IMG/VR virus record: IMGVR_UViG_3300009162_000006
Length of the DNA stretch: 64,000 nucleotides
DNA from: an uncultured virus (IMG/VR IMGVR_UViG_3300009162_000006)
Lineage: Duplodnaviria; Heunggongvirae; Uroviricota; Caudoviricetes
Reading direction: 5' to 3' (one strand)
The translations under genes and the position numbers were made by a program. Below, piece by piece: positions 26,585-34,429 of the stretch (the stretch's first letter is position 1; every line of letters begins with the position of its first letter). The notes below the pieces were generated by a model, which saw nothing but the letters and a program-made list of their open reading frames with translations, was not told where the DNA came from and searched no databases.

Positions 26585-27024
26585 CGCATCCTCCCGAGTT
26601 TCCAGAGCCCGATGCCGACGGCGTCGATCATGTTCCTGTCGTACGGAAACTTCGCGCGCTTGCTCCTGCGCGGCAGGATCAAAAGCTCGCCCGACTTCAA
26701 GGTTTTCAAGATGCGCTCGTTGTGAATGTCCTTCGGCACCGATCCTTTCCACTGGTGCGGCCACACGCAGGTCACGGGCACACAAAGACGAGAATAGTGT
26801 TCCTCGATGCGTCCAACTTTGCGCGCTAGACCGAGCAGGTCGTCGATTTCCTCGTGCGAGTGCGGTCGCCACTTCGGCATCTCGATCACAATCTCGTCCC
26901 CGAACACTGGCGGATTCGCTATGAACCTCTCGAACGGGCACGCGAACGCCTGCAGAATCTCGCGATTCATGAAGAGCGCGACGCCCGTCGTGTTGCCGGG
27001 GTCGATAGCGAGGAGGCAGGTCAC
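26581..27024 (-). CDS. RuvC-like Holliday junction resolvase
   Basis: LLAIDPGNTTGVA, IVIE, WKG, NMIDAVGIG. Confidence 0.75.
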   Translation of the reverse strand: MTCLLAIDPGNTTGVALFMNREILQAFACPFERFIANPPVFGDEIVIEMPKWRPHSHEEIDDLLGLARKVGRIEEHYSRLCVPVTCVWPHQWKGSVPKDIHNERILKTLKSGELLILPRRSKRAKFPYDRNMIDAVGIGLWKLGRMR

Positions 27025-27311
27025 TCCGTCCTCAACTTCCTGAGCCGGAACATGCCGCGGAGGTCGGGCTCCCGATCCATCAAGAGGCGCGCGTAGCGCG
27101 AGTGGTAGTGGTCGTTGAACACGAACGACGAGTTCTCGTCGCGCGTCACGATCGTGAGCTCCCACCGCACCCGCTCCCACAGAAGGCGGATGCCGAGCAC
27201 CTGCTTGCCGGCGCTCTTCGCCTCGCGCGCGAACCGCACGAGCTCGCGGTACACCTGCGGGTTCGCGTGGTGGAACGCAAGGAACCTGGCTTGGTAGGAG
27301 AGCCTCTTCAC
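27021..27311 (-). CDS. Phage hypothetical protein
   Basis: FHHANPQVYRELVRFA...YARLLM...FRLR. Confidence 0.6.
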   Translation of the reverse strand: MKRLSYQARFLAFHHANPQVYRELVRFAREAKSAGKQVLGIRLLWERVRWELTIVTRDENSSFVFNDHYHSRYARLLMDREPDLRGMFRLRKLRTE

Positions 27312-27460
27312 CGCACCACGCTCGCCGCGACGTTCTTGCGCAGGTCCTCGAGCTTCTTCTTGCCCTCGGCCTCGGCTTCCCGCAGCGCGCGGCGGTACTT
27401 CTTCGGCGAGAACTTCTTTCCGCCGTTACTGGGGTTGCACCTGAGTCTCTGGCTCTTCAT
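27308..27460 (-). CDS. Small basic hypothetical protein
   Basis: Fills the gap with 4-nt overlaps. Confidence 0.45.
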   Translation of the reverse strand: MKSQRLRCNPSNGGKKFSPKKYRRALREAEAEGKKKLEDLRKNVAASVVR

Positions 27461-28032
27461 TGGCTCCTCGCTGTCACTTGGTCTTCTTGAAAAATGCGGA
27501 TCCCTGGCACTTCTCTCCCGGCAGAGATCGCGAGCTTGATCTTGTCCGGGTCGGGTGAGCACAACTCGCGCGGAACAAGGTCTGCGTTCACGATCTCGAA
27601 CTTCGTCACCTGCCGCACGGAGACGCCCTGGGGCGGCAGGACGGGCGCGATAGCGGCGAGGGCCTCAGTCGCCTCCTCTGACGTCTCCGCGACCGCTGCG
27701 GCCTGCAACGCCACCACGTTCTCCTGCGCCTTGCGCGCGAGGTACTCCGTGATCTTCTCCTTGAGCAGGTATTCGAGCGCCTCGAACTTCTCGCGCGGCG
27801 GGCGGAAGAGATTGTTCACAGCCTTGAGAGCGGCGTTCAACGGGACCGTGATCTCCTTCCTCTTCTCCTCGAGCACCCGGTACCGGTCTTTCACGTCTCG
27901 CAGGATCACAGCGACCTCTTCCTGCTGCTCGTCCGTTTCGATGTCGAAGTCCTCGACGAGGCCCCACCACTCGACGGCGGTCGCGAACTGCGAGTCAGCT
28001 TCCTGTCGCGCTATGACTAACGTGTCGGTCAT
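27457..28032 (-). CDS. Coiled-coil phage protein (Gam/Gp157-like C-terminus)
   Basis: LEEKRKEITVPL...FEIVNADLVPRELCSPD..KI...VPGIRIF. Confidence 0.6.
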   Translation of the reverse strand: MTDTLVIARQEADSQFATAVEWWGLVEDFDIETDEQQEEVAVILRDVKDRYRVLEEKRKEITVPLNAALKAVNNLFRPPREKFEALEYLLKEKITEYLARKAQENVVALQAAAVAETSEEATEALAAIAPVLPPQGVSVRQVTKFEIVNADLVPRELCSPDPDKIKLAISAGREVPGIRIFQEDQVTARSQ

Positions 28033-29989
28033 CTTTCTTTTCCTCCAGGTCCCACGGAACCAGTCTCCCGTTAACGCGCACGGGCTTCGCCTTCTTGCTC
28101 CACCTTCGCGCGAGTAGCGGCTCCACCTGAGGCGGCACGTCGGGCAAGAACGGCGCCGCACCGAGCTTCATGAGCCTGGCGAGCTCTTCGGCGGCGTCCG
28201 CTGCCCGGTCGTCGTCCTCTACTTCTACGATGAACTCGTCGTGCACGAAGTCCACGGGTCGACCACCGTAGAGCACCGAGTCGGGTTGTGCGTAGCACGC
28301 GCGGGAGATGAGGAAGCCCGCGTTCTTCGCCGCGTCCGCGGCCAGGCCCTGGAACGGGCTGTTGCTCGCCTCCGTGTACGAAACACCGCCACGGAATCGC
28401 TTCACGAAGATGTGCTCGACCTGCGCGTCCGGTCGCTCGCACAGCGCGCCCATGTACTCGGCGTAGAGGCGGGACTCTGGCCAGCTCTGCTGCCAGACTT
28501 CCTTCAACTTCTTGGCCTCGTCGTCGGTCAGGACCACGCCGTAGTTCGTTCGCGCGTAATCGCGGAAACGCGCGATGCCAGCGCCGCCGGGGAAGCCGAA
28601 GTTGCCACTCTTGATCGCCTGTCGCGGCAGGTACACGCGCCCCTTCGGGTCCGTCGCATATTCAGCGACGGCCTGCTCATAAGAGATCCCCAGAATCATC
28701 GCCGCACCTTTCGTGTGCGGGTCGACTCCGGCGTTGAGCGCCTTGGCCATCTCACTCTTGCCGAACAGGTGCAAGCAGACCTGCGACCACGTCCGCAATT
28801 CCATTCCGGAGTAGTCCCCGATCGCGAACACCTTTCCTGCTCGCGGCACGAAACACTCGCGCACGCCCGTCTCCGTCGGGAGATTCTGGACATTGGGGGA
28901 GCTCGACGTACGACCCGTCTCGAGCAGGCTCTCGAATCTCGGTTGGATCGGCGTGTGCGTCCCGGACTCGAGCAGGGGGATATACGTCGAGAGCATCGTC
29001 TTCAGGCTCGACAGCTCCGCGTACTTCTCGAGCGCTGGGTCGCCCGAGCGGTCGCACGTGTCCGCGTCGGTCTTCGGTTTCTTGTTGCCAGTCTTACCAC
29101 CGTCGGTCAACGGCACCTCTTTCTTCTGCGCTGCGTACGCCCTAGAGACTCGCTCCTGCACCGCCTTCGTGTCGCGGACGCCGTTCGGGCGCATGAGGCC
29201 GGCCCGCTTCAACTCCACTGCGATGGCGTCGTATCTCTGCTGCGTCTTCAGCGCGAACTCGCGCACGCCCTCCTCGTCCGTGTGCAACCCCCAGCAGGAC
29301 ATGAGGTAGAGCCAGAACGCCGCGCGCGCTTGCCGAAACTCGTCGGCTAAATACTTCTTGCCCGCCTCCTCCTGGTGCTCCCACACGGCCAACGGTACCG
29401 CCGCGTCCACGAGCGCGTACTCCCGCGCCTCCTCCGGCCACCAGGCGATCGGCGTGTCTTTTAACTCACCGAACCGGAGCTGCCAGCCACCCTTCTCGAG
29501 CTCGATCTTCAGTCTCCGCCTCGCGACCGCCTCCAGACTGTACTCGACAGCCACCCACGAGCCGTCCGTGCGCGCGTAACCGCGGTAGATCCCCTGCGCG
29601 ATGTGCAGGAGCTTCTCTCGAAGCATCGTGTCCGTCACGCGGTCCGCGGCGTAGACTTCGAAGATCAACGGGAGCAGGTCCGGCCACGCCGCCGCGGTGA
29701 CGACCATGTCGTAGGCGATGTTGTGCCCCACGAACGTGACGTCGCTCTCGAGCGCGGCCACGACGTACTCTCGCGCCTGCGTGTGGTGCACGAGCTCGCA
29801 GTCGTCACCGATCGCGAAGCTCGCGCAGACCAGCGGCGGCGCCAGGCACCCGGGCCGGATCAGCTCCGTCTCGGTGTCGTAGCCGAGCATCGGGGGCCGC
29901 GAGCACGCCGCGGTCTGGCACTTCGGTGAGCAGTACTCCGCCCCCTGGTACAGGACCGCGGAGCCGCACTTGAGGCACTTCTGCTTCAT
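27995..29989 (-). CDS. polA: Family A DNA polymerase with 3'-5' exonuclease
   Basis: Exo YDTET, GHNIAYD, YALVDA; pol TGRTSS, DYSGMELR (A), RQAIKSGNFG (B), VHDE (C). Confidence 0.92.
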   Translation of the reverse strand: MKQKCLKCGSAVLYQGAEYCSPKCQTAACSRPPMLGYDTETELIRPGCLAPPLVCASFAIGDDCELVHHTQAREYVVAALESDVTFVGHNIAYDMVVTAAAWPDLLPLIFEVYAADRVTDTMLREKLLHIAQGIYRGYARTDGSWVAVEYSLEAVARRRLKIELEKGGWQLRFGELKDTPIAWWPEEAREYALVDAAVPLAVWEHQEEAGKKYLADEFRQARAAFWLYLMSCWGLHTDEEGVREFALKTQQRYDAIAVELKRAGLMRPNGVRDTKAVQERVSRAYAAQKKEVPLTDGGKTGNKKPKTDADTCDRSGDPALEKYAELSSLKTMLSTYIPLLESGTHTPIQPRFESLLETGRTSSSPNVQNLPTETGVRECFVPRAGKVFAIGDYSGMELRTWSQVCLHLFGKSEMAKALNAGVDPHTKGAAMILGISYEQAVAEYATDPKGRVYLPRQAIKSGNFGFPGGAGIARFRDYARTNYGVVLTDDEAKKLKEVWQQSWPESRLYAEYMGALCERPDAQVEHIFVKRFRGGVSYTEASNSPFQGLAADAAKNAGFLISRACYAQPDSVLYGGRPVDFVHDEFIVEVEDDDRAADAAEELARLMKLGAAPFLPDVPPQVEPLLARRWSKKAKPVRVNGRLVPWDLEEKKDDRHVSHSATGS

Positions 29990-29992
29990 TGC

Positions 29993-30032
29993 AAAAAAGA
30001 CCGGGGACCCTCGCGGAGAGTCCCCGGGTCCC
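29993..30032 (-). terminator. Intrinsic terminator
   Basis: Minus strand: GACCCGGGGACTCTC-CGC-GAGGGTCCCCGGTC hairpin followed by TTTTTT. Confidence 0.75.
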
Positions 30033-30034
30033 GT

Positions 30035-30502
30035 TCACGCAGCCAACGGTTTGAAGTCGTAGACGGTGAAGTCACCGCCCTTCTTCGTCTTCACCAGGAA
30101 CGTGCTGAGCTCCAGCTTCACGCCGATGAAGGGGTTGTCCTCGGGGTTGTCCGTGGCCTCCTTCATCGCCGCCGGGAGGAGTGGCTGCACCTCTTCCTTG
30201 ATCTTGGACTTGTCTCCCTTCGGGTCGAAGCCGAGGCACGCCGCGGCCCAGGCCGCGATGGCCGGGAACGCGACGGTCTTGTCCTTCAGACCCTGGTACC
30301 AAGTGACCCGCTGATTCTCCGGGTGCTTGTCCGGCATGTTCGTCTTCAGCACGACCATCTCCACGATGAACGCCATGCCGTTCTTCAGCGTCTCCTTTGC
30401 GAGTGTCTTCTTGATCTCCACGACCCCGATGAAGTTCGGTTCCATGTACTTCCCGCGCTCGAAGAGCTCCGCGTCCTCGAGCCCGTCCCACATATCCACC
30501 AT
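30035..30502 (-). CDS. Putative single-stranded DNA-binding protein
   Basis: Lies between helicase and polymerase, followed by a terminator; OB-like aromatic/Lys C-terminus (KTKKGGDFTVYDF). Confidence 0.5.
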   Translation of the reverse strand: MVDMWDGLEDAELFERGKYMEPNFIGVVEIKKTLAKETLKNGMAFIVEMVVLKTNMPDKHPENQRVTWYQGLKDKTVAFPAIAAWAAACLGFDPKGDKSKIKEEVQPLLPAAMKEATDNPEDNPFIGVKLELSTFLVKTKKGGDFTVYDFKPLAA

Positions 30503-30525
30503 GTTCTTTTTCCTTGTTCTTTGTT

Positions 30526-32241
30526 TCAGGGATTCCACCGCGGTCCAGAACGGAACACGGTGTCTTCTACACGCGGCACGTCGAGTCCCGCGAGTAAGAG
30601 TTTCTGCGGCGAGCCCGTGCACGCGAGCACGTACTCGCAGTCGCTCACGGCCTGCCAGACCGCCTTCAGGTGCTCGACACACGTCGTCACGACGTCGACG
30701 GAGACCTCATCAGCCTCCTGCCCCTCGCGGTGCGTGCGCGCGAGCAATTGCTCGAAGAGCTCACCGTCCGGCGGCGGGCTCACGACCAGGTTCGTCGACC
30801 ACGCCTGCAGGTTCCGGCCCTCGCGATTGCTGTGGATGCTCGCGACGAACGCCGTCCCGACCGGGTGCTCCTCGATGTACGCCCCGGCGCGCGTGCAGCC
30901 CTCCTCGCCGTAATAGGCGAGCCCGAAGTCGTCCTCGAGCCTCTCGCCCACGCACGTGTGCTCGACCCAGACGATGCCCCTCTTCTCCTCCGCCCACTCT
31001 GCGGCGAACCGGAGCACACCGTCGTCGAGCCACGTCGGCACGGTGTTCGGCTCAAAATCGCGCTCGACGCGCCGCCACTCCAGGAACTCGGGTGCGTCGG
31101 CGTACTCGCGCGCGACCTGCGCCTCGCTGTCGAGTTTCCTCGAGTGGCCGAGCACGCGGCGCACGAACGCGGACCAGACCCGCCGCGCCTCGAGCCAGTG
31201 CTGCGGGGCCGGGGGGTCCCACGAGTAGAAGAAACCGAGCCCGAGCTCGCGCGCGTGCCTGAAAATCTCAAGCCCGTCACGCAGCAGCTGCCCGTCTGGT
31301 AACTCCCAGTCGCGGCGGAGCTTGGCAAAGGCGTCGTCGACCGTCGTCGACACCACGGGTTCGACCGCACTCACCGTGAGCGTGGAGTCGACCGCCGCCT
31401 CGTACGTGGCGACGACGCCGCCGGTCTCGATGAGCCGCCGACGGAAGGCGTGCCGCGCGGCGACCCGCCGGTCACTGTCCCAGATCCGGAGCTCCTCTTC
31501 GTTGCAGAACACCTTGAGCGCGCCCGGGTCCGCGCGCCGCTCCTGCACCTTCCTCTCGTCGAGCGCGTCCGCCCACCGCTCGAGGTCGCTGTACGCGCGC
31601 GGCAGCGGCACGCGCTCCGGCGGCAGGCACCACCGCAGGATGTGGGCGTAGTCGTGCAGGCTCCGCTTCGTCATCGTCCCGCTCATCGCGACGCACCCGA
31701 CGCCGGGGTGCGTGCGGAACCAGCGCCGGACGCGCTTCGCCACCGCCGCGTCCGAGACGTGCTTCAGCTTGTGCACCTCATCGCACACGACGAGGTCGGG
31801 GTCGTACTGCTCCAGCAGCTCCGCCGCCTGCATGCGACCGAGCAGCTCGTAGCTCTCGACCCGGATCTCTGGCAGTCGCCAGTGTTTCGCCAACTTTTCC
31901 TTGTCGCGAATCGTCTTGCCCACCAGCGCCGCCGGTACGAGCAAGAGCGGCCTGCGTGCGTCGCACACGATACTCGCCAGCAACGAGACGAGCGTCTTGC
32001 CCGCGCCACACGACATGATGCCGAAGAGACCCCCGAACTCGCCGATCTCATAGAGAGCGACGGCCTGGATCGGGCGGAGCGTCATCGTGCCGCCCGGTGT
32101 CTTGAGTTCGCGCGTGAGCTCGCGCACTACCTCCTCGGTCGCCTCGACGGTCCACGACCGCCGGGGCAACCGGGAGACGCGCACGAGCTCCGCCGAGACC
32201 GGCACGCTCTGCTCGTTGGTGGCGAAAATATCGGGCATCAC
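30526..32241 (-). CDS. Superfamily 2 helicase
   Basis: LRPIQ, CGAGKT, DEVH, MSGT, EGRNLQ, QLLARTHREGQ. Confidence 0.88.
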   Translation of the reverse strand: MMPDIFATNEQSVPVSAELVRVSRLPRRSWTVEATEEVVRELTRELKTPGGTMTLRPIQAVALYEIGEFGGLFGIMSCGAGKTLVSLLASIVCDARRPLLLVPAALVGKTIRDKEKLAKHWRLPEIRVESYELLGRMQAAELLEQYDPDLVVCDEVHKLKHVSDAAVAKRVRRWFRTHPGVGCVAMSGTMTKRSLHDYAHILRWCLPPERVPLPRAYSDLERWADALDERKVQERRADPGALKVFCNEEELRIWDSDRRVAARHAFRRRLIETGGVVATYEAAVDSTLTVSAVEPVVSTTVDDAFAKLRRDWELPDGQLLRDGLEIFRHARELGLGFFYSWDPPAPQHWLEARRVWSAFVRRVLGHSRKLDSEAQVAREYADAPEFLEWRRVERDFEPNTVPTWLDDGVLRFAAEWAEEKRGIVWVEHTCVGERLEDDFGLAYYGEEGCTRAGAYIEEHPVGTAFVASIHSNREGRNLQAWSTNLVVSPPPDGELFEQLLARTHREGQEADEVSVDVVTTCVEHLKAVWQAVSDCEYVLACTGSPQKLLLAGLDVPRVEDTVFRSGPRWNP

Positions 32242-33422
32242 TCTTTCGGGGGGAAGAGCTCCGCGTGCTGCAGGAGCAGGTCGCCAGCAACGCTACCGGC
32301 CTCCTCCGCGTCTTTGCCGCCGACCAGCGCCGCCGCGACGAAGAGCGTCCACATGGCCTTGGGCTCGAGGTCGAGCGACGGCTTCACCACCGGCTCCACG
32401 ACGGGCGCGACGAATGCCTTCACCTTCTTCGGCCGACCGGGACCGGCCGCGACGGGCGCGGGCGCGACCTCTTCCTCGACCGGTTCCGGTTCGGGTATCG
32501 AGTCCACTGCCGGCGCTGGCGCTGCGGCTTTCTTCTGCCGGAGCTTCTCCAGCGGCGACACGTTCGTGCTCGTCGCTGCGGGCGGGTTCACCGGCTGCTT
32601 GTCCGTTGCCGGCGCAGTTTGCTTGTTGTTGTTCCGCTTCAGTCGCAACTGCTCCAGTAGCGACAATTGTGCTGTTCCTTGGCTCATGATGCTCTCGATC
32701 CTCTCTTGTGCTGTTAACTTGCAATTCTCGATGAAGGGGCAACCCCCAAAAGCCTCACAGGCGGCGGCGTCGTAGGGCACCTCAATCGCCGTCACGCCCA
32801 TGTTCACGATCTCGCGCATGGTCTTGGCGCTGTCGATCGTCTTGCTCACTCGGTCCTTGATGTCGCGACCGGTGACGGTGCGGATGACGGGCAAGCTCTT
32901 CGGCGCCCCGCGTGTCAGGCCGTACGTCCACTGCAGGTCGACTTCGGGAGCCTTCGTCTTTAGAAATGCCCACGTCGCGTAGAGTGTCGCCTGCACGTCG
33001 TCCGTCATGGTTTCCGGCGCAAGTGCCCAACCGAAGTCGCTCGTCGTCTTGTGATCGTACACGCGGGGTCGTCGCGTCTCGGGGTGCTCGGGCACGAACA
33101 GGTCGATGTAACCGACGAAGTACACGCCCCCGAGCCGCATCGAGAGCCCGACCTCGACGTTGTTCGGGTCCACGAGCTGCGGCGGCGGCAGGTGCGCGAT
33201 GATCGCCTGCGCGACGCGGTGCTCGGGCGTGCCCTCGACCGGCGGGTTCCTGGCCCTGAGCCAGTCCTCGACGAGCGCGTGCACGCTCGTGCCGAACTCC
33301 GCCTGCTTGCTCTGCGGTCCCTCGAGCCCGTCGATCGCCCGCCACGCCCACTTGCGGTGGCAGAGCTCGAACGTCGAGACAGAAGACGCGGAAGCCTGGA
33401 AGGGGTCGTAAAAATTAGTCAC
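32238..33422 (-). CDS. PD-(D/E)XK (Cas4/RecB-like) exonuclease
   Basis: C-HRKW, GTSVH, GYIDL, DHKT, QATLY, C..C..C. Confidence 0.85.
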   Translation of the reverse strand: MTNFYDPFQASASSVSTFELCHRKWAWRAIDGLEGPQSKQAEFGTSVHALVEDWLRARNPPVEGTPEHRVAQAIIAHLPPPQLVDPNNVEVGLSMRLGGVYFVGYIDLFVPEHPETRRPRVYDHKTTSDFGWALAPETMTDDVQATLYATWAFLKTKAPEVDLQWTYGLTRGAPKSLPVIRTVTGRDIKDRVSKTIDSAKTMREIVNMGVTAIEVPYDAAACEAFGGCPFIENCKLTAQERIESIMSQGTAQLSLLEQLRLKRNNNKQTAPATDKQPVNPPAATSTNVSPLEKLRQKKAAAPAPAVDSIPEPEPVEEEVAPAPVAAGPGRPKKVKAFVAPVVEPVVKPSLDLEPKAMWTLFVAAALVGGKDAEEAGSVAGDLLLQHAELFPPKE

Positions 33423-34243
33423 GTGCCGATCCTGTACTCAGGTTCGACGTACACGTGCTTCCAGTCGAGAGGCTCACTCAGAGCAAACACCTGCTCGAAC
33501 TCCGCAGTGTACGCGCGGACGATGCCAGAGTTCGAGATGATGACCGCGTTCTCGAACGAGAGCACGGCGTTCTGCGTGAAGTTGAAGGAACCGGTCCAGA
33601 CGGACACGGGTTTAAGATGAATATCGTTGTACGCCGGTGTCCCTGGGTTTACCAACATCCCTTTCCAGAGCCCTGTTGTGCAGACTTCGTCAGTTCCGGC
33701 CACAGCTTCATGGTGTTCAATCTCCCCATCGCAAAAAACCACGAACTTGTGGTGGCAACGAGGCACAGCTTTCTTCATCTTCTCGAAGACACCGCAGCAC
33801 CGGATAGCGGCTGAATACGGATCGCCACACACACTCAATCCCGAAACTAATCCAGCACCGTGTCGAGCAAGATCGTACCTGCAGATTCCCCGGACCTTCT
33901 TGTACCAAGCGCGCAGGTCCTCCTTACTCGGCCCACCACCAGAATCCGGTCGCAAGAAGTCTTCTTTCTGTACGACAATGCACACCCCCTTACGTGTCGC
34001 CAGGGCAGCCAAGATGTCAAAGTGCGTGAGCCACGCCACGCAACCGATCACGTAATCGTGCTTGTAGATCTCCGTGATGAGTCTCTGCTCGATGTTCTTG
34101 AATACGCACTCGACAGAGCCATCGATACAAGAGGTGTTCTTCAGGTTTTTTGGGGAGCCGTCAGTTCGAATCTGCAAACCGTTCAGGTTCACATCCGGAG
34201 TGGAACTGATCGCGGGCCTTCCGACGTTGGAGAACTTAAACAC
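33419..34243 (-). CDS. Phospholipase D-family nuclease-like protein
   Basis: CVAWLT, HHKFVVFCD...WTGSFNFT..A..SFEN. Confidence 0.75.
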   Translation of the reverse strand: MFKFSNVGRPAISSTPDVNLNGLQIRTDGSPKNLKNTSCIDGSVECVFKNIEQRLITEIYKHDYVIGCVAWLTHFDILAALATRKGVCIVVQKEDFLRPDSGGGPSKEDLRAWYKKVRGICRYDLARHGAGLVSGLSVCGDPYSAAIRCCGVFEKMKKAVPRCHHKFVVFCDGEIEHHEAVAGTDEVCTTGLWKGMLVNPGTPAYNDIHLKPVSVWTGSFNFTQNAVLSFENAVIISNSGIVRAYTAEFEQVFALSEPLDWKHVYVEPEYRIGT

Positions 34244-34415
34244 GTTTCCCTCTCTCCTCCTGCTCTAGCGCCTTCGTCAGTAGCACGCGCACCGCGTCCG
34301 TGCGGTTCATGGCCATCCCGGTCTCCGCCGTGCGGCGCTTCGCGAACTTGTCGAGGCGCTTCAATAGCACCGGCGGCAGGCGGAACGCGGTCTGCTTCAA
34401 CTCACTCATCGACAT
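34236..34415 (-). CDS. Ribbon-helix-helix regulator
   Basis: QTAFRLPPVLLKRLD...NRTDAVRVLL. Confidence 0.65.
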   Translation of the reverse strand: MSMSELKQTAFRLPPVLLKRLDKFAKRRTAETGMAMNRTDAVRVLLTKALEQEERGKRV

Positions 34416-34429
34416 ACCCCGTATCACGC

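Noticed and set aside
30526..32241. Terminase or packaging ATPase
   Set aside because: DEVH, SGT and QxxxRxxR motifs and the replication context fit an SF2 helicase.
32238..33422. Cas4 as evidence of a CRISPR system
   Set aside because: Stand-alone PD-(D/E)XK nuclease in a phage replication operon; no other cas genes or array.
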